Assembly (NCBI GenBank): GCA_964598125.1
Contig: CAZRAG010000003.1
Location: forward strand, 1-52,885
Direction: 5' to 3'
DNA from: an uncultured Pseudomonadales bacterium
GTDB lineage: Bacteria; Patescibacteriota; Microgenomatia; UBA1400; UBA1396
DNA: 52,885 bases
Below are positions 10,735 through 19,917 of this stretch, one piece after another (position 1 is the first letter of the stretch; every line of letters begins with the position of its first letter). Both the position numbers and the translations under genes were made by a program. Below the pieces are notes generated by a model that ran no database searches, was not told the DNA's origin, and worked only from the letters and a program-made list of their open reading frames with translations.

Positions 10735-11527
10735 TTTTTCCCTTCTCTTTTTTCACAAAGAACAGTTGTCCTGATCGTACATAGAGTAACACACACCCAG
10801 ACAAAAACAGAATGGCGTGGAACAACTGGTTGATATCAAAATCAAAAATCCTCAAAAATGGATAGTCAACAAAGCCTAAGAGAACACCCATGAAACCGGT
10901 AATAATCAAAAATACAGAGAGCAAAAAGCCGCTTTTGGCTGTTCTCTTTTTACTTCTGTACCAGAGAAAGAAACGATATTTTGGCTCAGCCCACCAGAGG
11001 TAACGGAAGAGCAACAAAAAGCCCAAGCCAGCATACAGTTGAATGGGATGAGCCGGCTCAACCCTCTGGGGAAACAATATGCCAATGGGGAGCTGAGTAG
11101 AAACTCCTGCAGCAGCACCAATGACCAAACGTGAGAACCAGTACCAACTTAAGAACCAACTTAACACCAGAGCATAAAAATCCCATATTTCAAACATATC
11201 TCTTTTCATTTTGCGGGCCGACCACCCCATGAAAACAAAGGCCACAATGAGTCCGGCCGGAGCCCAGAGGCCAGGATAGTTCCAAAATTGGATAAAATTC
11301 CTGGGGATCAACATCTCCCATTCTCCCCGAACAACTATATAGGCCAATCGAGAGGCAACAAATGCTGCTAGGCCAGACAAAATCAAGCCATCAAAAACAT
11401 CCCAGAGATCAAAATGCTCTTCTTTGGCTTTTTTCCAAAAAAAGTAACCTGATCCAATCAAACCAATAAAAACAAATATTCCCGAAAGAATTGCCGGAAT
11501 CCAAGGGAGCTGCCACCACAGTTGCAT
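10697..11527 (-). CDS. lgt: Prolipoprotein diacylglyceryl transferase (divergent)
   Basis: Multi-TM; SRLAY, G-rich segments, HPIQLY; operon with lspA. Start ATG 11527 has TATACT 10 nt upstream. Confidence 0.75.
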   Translation of the reverse strand: MQLWWQLPWIPAILSGIFVFIGLIGSGYFFWKKAKEEHFDLWDVFDGLILSGLAAFVASRLAYIVVRGEWEMLIPRNFIQFWNYPGLWAPAGLIVAFVFMGWSARKMKRDMFEIWDFYALVLSWFLSWYWFSRLVIGAAAGVSTQLPIGILFPQRVEPAHPIQLYAGLGFLLLFRYLWWAEPKYRFFLWYRSKKRTAKSGFLLSVFLIITGFMGVLLGFVDYPFLRIFDFDINQLFHAILFLSGCVLLYVRSGQLFFVKKEKGKNEPPFISSAPGA

Positions 11528-11551
11528 AGTTAGTGGTAGTATACCTGTATT

Positions 11552-11995
11552 GTGCTGTCGATTTCGCATTCATTAACCGGCGCTCTCGTTGCCACCACGT
11601 TGCATCCTCTTTTGGTCGTGCCGACCATTTTTGCCACCCATTATTTGGAAGACTGGATTCCACACTGGGATGTAGGCACCGGACTGAGTTCCGGCAAAAG
11701 AAAACGCCAAACAGCTATTCTCCTGGAACTTGGTGAACTTGTGATCACCGGAATACTCCTCTACTACTTTTTCCAAGTTGGCCACGAGGGTGTTGCTTGG
11801 GCTGCCTGGATTGGCGGTTTTATTGGCTTAGTTCCGGACTTTTTAGAAGCGCCCCGCAACTTTTTGCATTGGGAACCAAAAATTTTTAAACCCCTGAATA
11901 ATGTACATCAAGCTTTTCACCACTCTACCCCAAATATCTTGGTTGGTATGGCCCCCCAGCTCTTTCTCTGGTGGGCAATTTGGTGGTTGAGATAA
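11552..11995 (+). CDS. Membrane-bound metal-dependent hydrolase-like protein (YdjM-like)
   Basis: SHSLTG, HYLEDWIPH, PDFLE, HQAFHH metal-ligand pattern between TM helices; GTG start. Confidence 0.6.
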   Translation: MLSISHSLTGALVATTLHPLLVVPTIFATHYLEDWIPHWDVGTGLSSGKRKRQTAILLELGELVITGILLYYFFQVGHEGVAWAAWIGGFIGLVPDFLEAPRNFLHWEPKIFKPLNNVHQAFHHSTPNILVGMAPQLFLWWAIWWLR

Positions 11996-12017
11996 GTATC
12001 CTTACCTCGTAGGGACA

Positions 12018-12377
12018 TTAAGACTTATTTATTATTGTGAGCTTACCCCTTTTTTCATGAAGAACGCCGCCAAAAATAAAGTCATACAAGTTATTTTCAG
12101 AGATTGGAACATCCACAAGCTCTACTTTCGGTAAGCCTCCTGCCATAACCACATCTCCAAGAAGTCTTCGAATACAGCTCACTTTTTCTAAGTTTTGAGA
12201 GGACTGATCTCCAAAATGAGCTAAAGATGAAATTGCCTCAGAAATTTGCAGTAAGCTTTCAAGTGTGAGTTGCCGTGTTACTGGATCAATACGAAAGAGA
12301 GCTCGCGCTTCTTGCTCTATTTTTCTTGAAAGCGTTTTCCGGTCTATAGTACTCTCATCAACTTCTGCGGCCATCAT
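12018..12377 (-). CDS. Hypothetical protein (119 aa)
   Basis: AAAGGAG SD before ATGATG. Confidence 0.7.
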   Translation of the reverse strand: MMAAEVDESTIDRKTLSRKIEQEARALFRIDPVTRQLTLESLLQISEAISSLAHFGDQSSQNLEKVSCIRRLLGDVVMAGGLPKVELVDVPISENNLYDFIFGGVLHEKRGKLTIINKS

Positions 12378-12452
12378 GTCTCCTTTAATATCGATGATAT
12401 CAAAAAAAACCTGCTAGGAGCTGGTCATTGGGATAAAGGTGAAACAGGTTTT

Positions 12453-12486
12453 GAACGCTTTGAGCTTTAACCTAACGCCATAGAGA
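12453..12486 (-). ncRNA. Repeated structured RNA motif, degenerate copy
   Basis: TCTCTATGGCG-T-TAGGT-TAAA-GCTCA-AAGCGTTC on minus strand. Confidence 0.5.
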
Positions 12487-12493
12487 GGCAGCA

Positions 12494-12554
12494 TTATCTT
12501 TGTTTCGAACGCTTCTGGCTTGGGCCAGCCCGCCGTAGTGAGAAACAAAGATAA
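12494..12554 (-). ncRNA. Repeated structured RNA motif, copy 3' of tRNA-Leu
   Basis: Perfect 13-bp outer stem (12494-12506/12542-12554) enclosing TCACTACGGCG-GG-CTGGC-CCAA-GCCAG-AAGCGTTC. Confidence 0.7.
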
Positions 12555-12560
12555 GTAGAG

Positions 12561-12646
12561 TGCCACGGGAGGGAATCGAACCCTCACTCCCGGTGAAAGG
12601 AACGGGTTTTTGAGACCCGCGCGTCTACCAATTCCGCCACCGTGGC
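12561..12646 (-). tRNA. tRNA-Leu(CAA)
   Basis: Acceptor GCCACGG/CCGTGGC, D-loop GGAATTGGTAGAC, anticodon loop CTCAAAA, long variable arm, T-loop TTCGATT; CCA not encoded. Confidence 0.97.
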
Positions 12647-12812
12647 CGGATCTTTTGGGCAACAAAAAAACTTTCCAATTGTCGCTCCAAAAAGAAAAGA
12701 AGTGCGTTTGATTGTACCATTTCTTTCTGGCGATAATCCCCGGCAATCTCGTTGAGTGGCTCTTCTCTTTTGAACTTGTCAGAAACCAAGCATTTCACCT
12801 ATACTAGGGGAA

Positions 12813-13058
12813 ATGGATAATGCACAAATAGGAGAATTGCTGAAAGATTTCTTCTCGGCCAATAGCTTTGGTCTGATTTTACTGCGCGCTGCCTTATGGT
12901 TCGTGGTTGCCATTGTCATCATTGCCAGTACTGATTCTTCGGGTCGACATTCGCCAAACACGCAGGACCTTAAAGCAAATTTGGGACTTTTGATGCTTTT
13001 TATCGTCCTTGCTGGCGGACTGATGTACTTACTCTTTGGCTTTGTCCCCCTTATTTAA
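12813..13058 (+). CDS. Small two-TM membrane protein
   Basis: Two hydrophobic helices; TATACT 7 nt before ATG. Confidence 0.75.
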   Translation: MDNAQIGELLKDFFSANSFGLILLRAALWFVVAIVIIASTDSSGRHSPNTQDLKANLGLLMLFIVLAGGLMYLLFGFVPLI

Positions 13059-13077
13059 TGGAAAGATAGTAAATAGC

Positions 13078-14412
13078 TTATTCCCTAGATTGTTGAGAAA
13101 ACTCTCTCTCCATGCCGTAAAAACGGATACGGTCCCCTCGGAAGTACAAGTCAACCAAACCAATGCTCCCATTACGGTGCTTCGCAATCTTCATCTTTAC
13201 TTGGTCACGAAGGTCATCATCTGGACGGTACAGGAAAGTTACGACGTCTGCATCTTGTTCAATGGATCCTGACTCACGTAAATCAGAAAGCTGAGGCTCT
13301 TTTGTGCCTCGCGCTTCAACTGCCCGCGAAAGCTGTGCCAGAGCCAAAACGGGGACCTTGAGTTCACGCGCAAGATTTTTTAATCCTTGTGAAATCTCGC
13401 CCACTTCTTGAACACGATTTTCCTTGTTCATCCCATGAACCAGCTGGAGGTAATCAACCACAAAGACATCAATTTCGTGCTCCATCATTAACCTGCGAGC
13501 TTTGGTCCGAAGCTCAATCATGCTAATACCAGGGGTGTCATCAATAAAAATCTGGGCCTCCGCCAAAACACCCATGGCATGGGAAAGTCGCGAGAACTCT
13601 TCTTCACCGAGCCGGCCGGTTTTCAGTCGCCAAGCATCAATATCCGCTTGCGAAACAAGTAAACGGTCAACAAGCTCCTCCTTACTCATTTCAAGCGAGA
13701 AAAATCCCACTTTCTTTTTGAAGAGAACCGAGGCATTTTGAGCGATGTTCAAGGCTAAAGCTGTTTTTCCGGTTCCCGGACGAGCCGCCAAAATAATCAA
13801 GTTCGACTTCTGCAAGCCGCTCAACATGTTGTCAATATCTGCAAAACCGGTAGGCACACCGCGAATTCCAGATTGATTCTTATGCAGATCTTCAAGGCGG
13901 TCAAAACTTTCAACCAAAACATCTTTCATGGACACAAAATTTGGCGCCACATGGTGACGCGAAAGTTGGAAAATGCGTTGCTCTGCCACTTCAAGTAAAG
14001 ATTGGGCTTCATGCCCTGGGTCAAAAGCTCTCTCCGTAAGATCTGCACCCATGCGAATGATTTCTCGCTTGGTAGAAGAATTTTTGACAATATTGGCATA
14101 ATGACGAACATTCGCCGCCGTGGGAACCTTATTGGCTAGACTCGTAATGTAGGAAGCTCCACCAATTTTTGTCAGCGTCTTGTTCTTTTTAAGCTGATTG
14201 GTAAGGGTCAGCAAATCGATTGGCTCGCGTTGTTCATACAGCTGCAAAACCGCGGTAAAAATGTCGGCATGAGCTGGCACATAAAAGTGATCAGGCTTGA
14301 GAATATCGGCTATCTGAATAATGGCGTCTTTATCAAGCAGAATAGCACCAAGAACGCTCTCCTCTGCCTCAATGTCATGAGGAGGAATTCGGCCACTACT
14401 TGTTACACTCAT
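13078..14412 (-). CDS. dnaB: Replicative DNA helicase
   Basis: IPPHDIEAEESVLG, AARPGTGKT, FSLEMS, VDYLQL, AQLSRAVE, SDLRESGSIEQDAD, KHRNG; no intein. Confidence 0.97.
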   Translation of the reverse strand: MSVTSSGRIPPHDIEAEESVLGAILLDKDAIIQIADILKPDHFYVPAHADIFTAVLQLYEQREPIDLLTLTNQLKKNKTLTKIGGASYITSLANKVPTAANVRHYANIVKNSSTKREIIRMGADLTERAFDPGHEAQSLLEVAEQRIFQLSRHHVAPNFVSMKDVLVESFDRLEDLHKNQSGIRGVPTGFADIDNMLSGLQKSNLIILAARPGTGKTALALNIAQNASVLFKKKVGFFSLEMSKEELVDRLLVSQADIDAWRLKTGRLGEEEFSRLSHAMGVLAEAQIFIDDTPGISMIELRTKARRLMMEHEIDVFVVDYLQLVHGMNKENRVQEVGEISQGLKNLARELKVPVLALAQLSRAVEARGTKEPQLSDLRESGSIEQDADVVTFLYRPDDDLRDQVKMKIAKHRNGSIGLVDLYFRGDRIRFYGMEREFSQQSRE

Positions 14413-14432
14413 ATTTTCCTCTGCCGACTGAC

Positions 14433-15104
14433 TTAGGCAACTTTAGCTTCTAAGATGATCAGTTGAGTTTCGGCTTCATCAACCGACTTGGGGCCAGAAA
14501 GCGTTAACTTGTCAGTGATTTTTGGCTGTTTTCCATATTTTTGAACAAAGTCATCAACGGTTGCCAGCTCGCCAAAAGTTGAGCTGTCATGTTGGGGAGT
14601 TTTAAAGTGCATAGGAATAACGTACGCGGGTTCCAAACGAGTGATGGCTTCGACTGCGCCAGCAGGATCGAGAGTATATATACCGCCAACCGGAACAATC
14701 AACACATCTACTTCTGGAATACTTTCAATGATTTTATCCTCAAGTGGATGACCCAAATCCCCTAAATGGAGAACATGGACATCATCAAGAAAAATGGAGT
14801 ACATCACATTGGTACCGCGCTGAGTTCCTTGATCATTGTCATGATAACTGGGATAACCATAAACGCTAATGCCTTGAACTTCGTACTCACCAGGCTGATC
14901 AATAATGAATGGACGCTCACGAGAGCTGGTCGACTTCACTGACTGAATTTGATTATGATCTGAGTGATTATGAGAAACGGTCACCACATCAGCGCTCAAC
15001 TTTGGTAGAGAGAATCCAACACTTGCCGCATAGGGGTCGGTGATAACGAGTCCTTCTTTTCCTCGTAAGCGAAAACATGAGTGGCCAACATATTGAATAT
15101 CCAT
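14433..15104 (-). CDS. Metallo-beta-lactamase-fold hydrolase
   Basis: GHSCF, TDPY, SHNHSDHN, HLGD, IPMH. Confidence 0.88.
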   Translation of the reverse strand: MDIQYVGHSCFRLRGKEGLVITDPYAASVGFSLPKLSADVVTVSHNHSDHNQIQSVKSTSSRERPFIIDQPGEYEVQGISVYGYPSYHDNDQGTQRGTNVMYSIFLDDVHVLHLGDLGHPLEDKIIESIPEVDVLIVPVGGIYTLDPAGAVEAITRLEPAYVIPMHFKTPQHDSSTFGELATVDDFVQKYGKQPKITDKLTLSGPKSVDEAETQLIILEAKVA

Positions 15105-15186
15105 AATTTTCTCCTTATTTATCGTGTCGGATAGGTCCTTGGCCGTAGATTATCACAAACTGTAGTACAATGCAGACGCCTAATCT

Positions 15187-15672
15187 ATGAGAAAGGAAAT
15201 CTTCTTAGCCATCATCGTGGGTATAATTGTCGGTCTTGGCATCACCTTTGGCATCTACACGCTTCGCCAACGATTTCTCCCCAATAAAACGGTTCAAGAA
15301 ATTGCCAATAGTCGTGGCCAAAACCCCACCCCTACTCCAGGTGTGGAACAAAAAAATCTCACTGTTTCCCAACCGGAAAACAACTTCCTTACTGATCAGC
15401 CAGAAGTCAAAATCGTAGGCAGAACTCTTCCTAATAGTTATATTACCGTTTTCACCACCGAGGATGAATTTATTACCAACGCTGACCAAGATGGAGATTT
15501 TGCCCAAGATATAACTTTAGGGCTAGGAGGCAATCGAGTAACGATTGTTTCGGTTCTTCCAGATGGTCAACAGGAAGAAATCGTTCTTAGTCTGGTCTAC
15601 TCAACTGCTGATCTCAGCCTATCGCCAACCGCTACCGCAGAAGCAGAAACGGAAGAAGGAGAAAACGAATGA
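15187..15672 (+). CDS. Membrane-anchored protein with Ig-like domain
   Basis: N-terminal TM, Pro/Thr linker, beta-rich domain (DGDFAQDITLGLGGNRVTI). Confidence 0.7.
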   Translation: MRKEIFLAIIVGIIVGLGITFGIYTLRQRFLPNKTVQEIANSRGQNPTPTPGVEQKNLTVSQPENNFLTDQPEVKIVGRTLPNSYITVFTTEDEFITNADQDGDFAQDITLGLGGNRVTIVSVLPDGQQEEIVLSLVYSTADLSLSPTATAEAETEEGENE

Positions 15673-16340
15673 ACCTGCGCAAAATTTTGCCTCTTCTTTT
15701 TGTTGCCACCTTTCTTTTGGCACCAGGAAATGCCTATGCCCAAAGTCCAGCACCAGACGAGGAAACAACTTCTTCGGCAGATCTACGCCGAGCCATTCGC
15801 GAACGCATTGAGGAAACGCTTAAGAATTCCGATGCTCCAGCCCAAAACTTTCTTGGCTATATTGGCACGATTACCCAGGTAGGCAGTGCTACTTTCAGCT
15901 TAACTTGTCCAAGGGGAGATGAAAAAACTATCCAAATCCAGCAAGGAACAACCATCCTCTCAAATGGTAAAGAGATTCCTTTAAGTGAACTCGTAGTGGG
16001 TAACGGCATTACTGTCATGGGAACTCGTCTTGATGAACTGGTGATTGAAGCCAGACGTGTGATTATGACTACCGATAACTTCTCAGAAAATCGTCAAGTA
16101 ACTCTGGGAAATATTACAGCTCTCGATCGCCAAGAGATAACTCTCCAACCACGTGGCGAGCAACAGGAAGTGAGTTGGCCCACGACTCGCTCAACTGACT
16201 ATGAGGATCTGAATGGCCAAGAAATTACTGTTTCAGATCTTGAAGAAGATCAAGCCGCTCTGGTTATCACCGATATTGATAAAGATGACAAACGCTTTAT
16301 TAAGCGTATTCGCTTGTTAGTGCCCGTTGAGCAAGAGTAA
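15669..16340 (+). CDS. Secreted protein with two OB-like repeats
   Basis: Signal peptide (AYA cleavage); two G-x-I-T repeats (IGTITQVG / LGNITALD); ATGA overlap with upstream gene. Confidence 0.7.
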   Translation: MNLRKILPLLFVATFLLAPGNAYAQSPAPDEETTSSADLRRAIRERIEETLKNSDAPAQNFLGYIGTITQVGSATFSLTCPRGDEKTIQIQQGTTILSNGKEIPLSELVVGNGITVMGTRLDELVIEARRVIMTTDNFSENRQVTLGNITALDRQEITLQPRGEQQEVSWPTTRSTDYEDLNGQEITVSDLEEDQAALVITDIDKDDKRFIKRIRLLVPVEQE

Positions 16341-16415
16341 TCGTTACTTGAGGTAGTTTTGACAGACGGTCTTCTACAAAATGGCAATTCCTGATGTGAT
16401 ATAATCCAGTCTCCT

Positions 16416-16736
16416 ATGCAAAGTGATATTCATCCCAAGTGGTACCCACAAGCAAAAGTTACCTGTGCTTGCGGCAATACCTTTACCATCGGTTCAACAC
16501 AAGAAGAAATTCAAGTCGATCTTTGTGACGCTTGCCACCCTTTCTTTACTGGTGAAATGAAGCTTCTTGATCGTCAAGGTCGAGTTGATCGTTTCCGCCA
16601 GGCCCAAGCCGCTGCCCAAACTTCTCAGCGAGGAAGCAAAAAATCTCGCAAAGAGAAAAAAGCCCAGCAAGACGATTCTCAGCAATCTATTCAATCCTTC
16701 AAAGAAATTCTTCAAGAAGAGCGTCAAACCGCCTAG
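16416..16736 (+). CDS. rpmE: 50S ribosomal protein bL31 (zinc-binding form, C-terminal extension)
   Basis: IHPKWY, TCACGN, CDACHPFFTG, GRVDRF. Confidence 0.95.
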   Translation: MQSDIHPKWYPQAKVTCACGNTFTIGSTQEEIQVDLCDACHPFFTGEMKLLDRQGRVDRFRQAQAAAQTSQRGSKKSRKEKKAQQDDSQQSIQSFKEILQEERQTA

Positions 16737-16802
16737 CCGGTTGCATCATGCCTGCTCTCGCCCGTTTTGATACAAGCGAGATGGCAACGCTATAATGCCG
16801 CT

Positions 16803-17723
16803 ATGAGCTACGATTCCACTGAGTATTTGCACTCTCATTTAGAAACCCTATTAGTCAAAAAAGCCGAACTGGAAGCCGCTGCTCAAGCAGATCCTGAACT
16901 CGCTTCTTTGGCTGCAGATGAAATTGCCCTGCTCGATCAAGAAATTTCCAGTGTTGAGGCCACAATAAAAGACATTGAATCCCCAAGTGAAACCCAACGG
17001 GAGTTTCGAAACTGTATCTTGGAATTACGTCCTGGAGCCGGTGGTGATGAAGCAAAAATCTGGATGACCGATTTGCTCACCATGTATACCAAGTATGCAG
17101 TCGCTAAGAATTTTAAAGTTGAGCTTCTCGAAGACGGCGTACTCCAGATAAAAGGCAAAGAAGCGTACAACACTTTTCGCTTTGAGTCTGGTGTTCATCG
17201 GGTGCAACGGGTTCCTGAAACCGAGGCCAGTGGTCGCATCCACACCTCAACCGCCTCAGTGGCCTGTCTCCCGGAAATTCCCGAAACGGAAGTGGCAATA
17301 CGTGAAGATGACCTTGATTGGCAATTTTATCGATCTGGTGGCCATGGTGGTCAAAATGTTAACAAAGTGAGTACCGCTGTTCGCCTAACACACGTTCCCT
17401 CTGGAATCGTTGTCACGGCGAGTCGTGAGCGCCAACAGTCCCAAAATCGAGAAATTGCGCTCCAACTCCTACGGGGAAAGCTCTGGGAGATGCAAGAAGA
17501 AAAGCGGCTGGCCGAAATTGGTGATGCTCGTAGTGTCATTGGTCGCGCCCAACGAGCGGAAAAGATTCGCACCTATAACTACCCCCAGAACCGGATCACT
17601 GATCACCGCATCCCACAATCCTGGCACGATTTAGATCGACGCTTGCAGGGAGATCTGGATGATATCGTTGAATCGCTCCAACAATGGGAAGCTACACAGG
17701 CAAATTCCGTGACCGTTGATTAA
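16803..17723 (+). CDS. prfA: Peptide chain release factor 1 (short N-domain)
   Basis: GAGGDEA, ESGVHRVQRVPETE (PxT), GGHGGQNVNK, IRTYNYPQNRITDHR; TATAAT 6 nt before ATG 16803. Confidence 0.95.
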   Translation: MSYDSTEYLHSHLETLLVKKAELEAAAQADPELASLAADEIALLDQEISSVEATIKDIESPSETQREFRNCILELRPGAGGDEAKIWMTDLLTMYTKYAVAKNFKVELLEDGVLQIKGKEAYNTFRFESGVHRVQRVPETEASGRIHTSTASVACLPEIPETEVAIREDDLDWQFYRSGGHGGQNVNKVSTAVRLTHVPSGIVVTASRERQQSQNREIALQLLRGKLWEMQEEKRLAEIGDARSVIGRAQRAEKIRTYNYPQNRITDHRIPQSWHDLDRRLQGDLDDIVESLQQWEATQANSVTVD

Positions 17724-17747
17724 TACGTTCCTCAAAAAGATTTTCAC

Positions 17748-18140
17748 CTAATCGTGGTGGATGCCGAGTAAATGTAAGCACCCGTGTTCTAGTAAAAATT
17801 CAAGCTGCTCTTGCTCACTTTTTCCCTCTTCTCTGGCCTCATCGGCAATAATCGGGAAGCACAAGAATATGTCGCCAAATTGACTTTTTGTTTCTTCGGT
17901 CTCGAAAAAACTTGGTGTGGGTTGTTCAGGATCATGCATGACAAAACTAAGCACATCTGTGGGCCCTTGGTGATGCTTGTAGTTTTGGTTGAGTTCCGTC
18001 ATGAGATCTTCATCAATGATGTGTACGCCAACTTTTGCGATGGTGACATCATGAATAAGAAAAGTTTTGGCCACCACTCTTTCTAGGGCAGCTAAATCAG
18101 CAGGAAAGTCATGCTCATTAGAAAAAATAACCTCAATCAT
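17748..18140 (-). CDS. ybeY: rRNA maturation endoribonuclease YbeY
   Basis: LNQNY, PTDVLSF, GDIFLC, HGCLHLLGIHH; TACAAT 6 nt before ATG 18140. Confidence 0.93.
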   Translation of the reverse strand: MIEVIFSNEHDFPADLAALERVVAKTFLIHDVTIAKVGVHIIDEDLMTELNQNYKHHQGPTDVLSFVMHDPEQPTPSFFETEETKSQFGDIFLCFPIIADEAREEGKSEQEQLEFLLEHGCLHLLGIHHD

Positions 18141-18206
18141 GCAACCATTGTAGTCGGAAGTCGACAAAACTTCTTGTGAAAATATCGGGCGACCAAGGGA
18201 AGGAAG

Positions 18207-18419
18207 TTAGAGACCAGCGTTGCGGCGGCGGAGTTTGTTCTCGCGGCGCATGCGCTTTTTGAGCTCGGTCTTGACTTCTTTTTTGATAACAGAAGCTGGT
18301 TTGTGATAACGGCGATCTCGGACAATCGAAACCACATCATCGATCTGCAAAAACTTCTTGAATTTGCGGATCAATCCAGAGTTGTCATCACCTTTTTTGG
18401 CTTTAACGATAATCGGCAT
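18207..18419 (-). CDS. rpsU: 30S ribosomal protein bS21
   Basis: LIRKFKK...RDRRYHKPAS, basic C-terminal helix. Confidence 0.85.
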   Translation of the reverse strand: MPIIVKAKKGDDNSGLIRKFKKFLQIDDVVSIVRDRRYHKPASVIKKEVKTELKKRMRRENKLRRRNAGL

Positions 18420-18444
18420 AGGCAGCTATTGTAACATATTGTGG

Positions 18445-18459
18445 CAGGGATCATCCCTG
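18445..18459. promoter_or_regulatory. Palindrome CAGGGAT-C-ATCCCTG upstream of rpsU promoter
   Basis: Perfect 7-1-7 palindrome; 13-bp core starts 12 nt upstream of the TACAAT -10 (18428-18433). Confidence 0.6.
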
Positions 18460-18511
18460 TGTTATTTTCCAGGCAGGATAGTAAACGACAATCACCTCTA
18501 GATCTGGAAAA

Positions 18512-19405
18512 TCAGGGGTTATCCCTGAGATGGGACTTTACAATCTTCACAACCTGAACGAGTGACAATGGTGTTGGCACCTGACTCGACTTTCTGGATC
18601 CGTTGAGCAACATTCTCTTGGAGTTATGCAAAAACCAGGTTCCGACTTTATCTTTCTCCAAAATGGCTTCATACACCTCAGTAAGATCAATTCCTGATCG
18701 AGGAGTCGCCTTGATTCTTACCGAACCCTGGTCCTCATCTTTCCTAATTACAAGGTCAATTCCTAAAACTTGTGCTCGCTTCTCCACATCCTTGCTACTG
18801 GTCGGTATTGCCAAAGCCTTCCATTCTCCGTGGGTGAAGTGTTGGCCTTTTTTTTGAATAATCTCATCGGCCTTCACTTCCGAACGTAACTTTGCATACC
18901 CGGCATCCAGCATATCGAAACCAAACTGGAGCAAGCGCTCATCATCATACACATCGGTAAGCTGGGCACCTTCTATCAAGTTATGAATACTTAACTGGTA
19001 ACGAAAATCAGAAGCTTCTGGCCAATAACAGTTTTCAAAATGATCAATTTGCGTTACATACTCAATGAGGTATTTGAGTGCAGCGTTTTGTTTCTTATCG
19101 GCTTGACGTTGGCCAATCAGTTCAAATACCAGGCTTGCCGCACAAGCTCGCTTACCGCCCATTTCTTCTTGGTGATGATCGAAGGCACCTAAACCAGTAT
19201 CAACATGAATCACTTGGTCCTCCGCAACACTGAGCTCTTCCATCCTTTCTGGAGAAAGTTTTTGACCAGCAGCCACAAACTCTACTCTCGCCTCTCCCCA
19301 GTCGCTGGTGAGGAATCGTTTCAGCAACCAAACAGCAGAAATGGCATCCAGATCTGGACCCTGATGGGTGACGATAACAGGACGGGAGTTGGTATCTTGA
19401 GACAT
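18512..19405 (-). CDS. DHH-superfamily/MYG1-like phosphoesterase
   Basis: VTHQGPDLDAI, VDTG, FDHHQ, CAASLV; TATAAT 7 nt before ATG 19405. Confidence 0.72.
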   Translation of the reverse strand: MSQDTNSRPVIVTHQGPDLDAISAVWLLKRFLTSDWGEARVEFVAAGQKLSPERMEELSVAEDQVIHVDTGLGAFDHHQEEMGGKRACAASLVFELIGQRQADKKQNAALKYLIEYVTQIDHFENCYWPEASDFRYQLSIHNLIEGAQLTDVYDDERLLQFGFDMLDAGYAKLRSEVKADEIIQKKGQHFTHGEWKALAIPTSSKDVEKRAQVLGIDLVIRKDEDQGSVRIKATPRSGIDLTEVYEAILEKDKVGTWFLHNSKRMLLNGSRKSSQVPTPLSLVQVVKIVKSHLRDNP

Positions 19406-19419
19406 AGTGCCTATTATAT

Positions 19420-19497
19420 AGGGATCATCCCTCAAAAGCTTTCTGGGCTAGAAAAGGGTCAAGTCTTTTTCTTATCTGGTTTTGAAGGATCATCCCT
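19420..19497. promoter_or_regulatory. Divergent promoter region with two AGGGATCATCCCT-type palindromes (19420-19432, 19485-19497)
   Basis: Each palindrome abuts a -10 hexamer (minus TATAAT 19413-19418; plus TGaTATACT 19497-19505). Confidence 0.6.
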
Positions 19498-19514
19498 GAT
19501 ATACTGTGATTCAC

Positions 19515-19595
19515 ATGTTACTCAACCCGTTTTCTTACCGTTGGCTTACTTTCACCATGAAGAATCAACAACATGGTAGTGGGGGTATTAACTAA
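19515..19595 (+). CDS. Putative leader peptide (26 aa) MLLNPFSYRWLTFTMKNQQHGSGGIN
   Basis: ATG 9 nt after extended -10; stop overlaps the antiterminator region. Confidence 0.4.
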   Translation: MLLNPFSYRWLTFTMKNQQHGSGGIN

Positions 19596-19621
19596 GAAAC
19601 GCTCATAGAAATGTTTCACCC

Positions 19622-19646
19622 CCCTCCCCTGGCCGGAGGGTTTTTT
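19622..19646 (+). terminator. Intrinsic terminator (attenuator) upstream of 19681 ORF
   Basis: CCCTCC-7 nt-GGAGGG followed by T6. Confidence 0.75.
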
Positions 19647-19680
19647 GTTTTTAGAGGACATATATAAAAGAAAAGGAGAA

Positions 19681-19917
19681 ATGAAACAACGAAAGGAAGA
19701 GAAAGGAGAGACGATGAATAAAGAATCAGTCTCTGCGAAAGTAGAAAGTGTGGATCAGCGTGGTGAACCACAGCGAGAGGAATTGGAAATTCCCTTTCTC
19801 CAAAAAAACCACATCGTTGCTCGATCTGTTTGGGAGGCGGAAGCCCTCATGGCGAGCAATAAGGACGCCCGGCGCTTTGGCAGGATTATCCTTTGGCCAA
19901 AGTCAATAGCCGCCTAG
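19681..19917 (+). CDS. Small hypothetical protein (start 19681 or 19714)
   Basis: AAGGAG SD before both candidate ATGs. Confidence 0.6.
   Translation: MKQRKEEKGETMNKESVSAKVESVDQRGEPQREELEIPFLQKNHIVARSVWEAEALMASNKDARRFGRIILWPKSIAA

Noticed and set aside
12494-12554. Identification of the repeated motif as a theta/HDV-like, twister or pistol ribozyme
   Set aside because: Too few nucleotides for the HDV P3-L3-P1 segment, no catalytic C after the P4 equivalent, and no twister or pistol cleavage-site consensus or pseudoknots.
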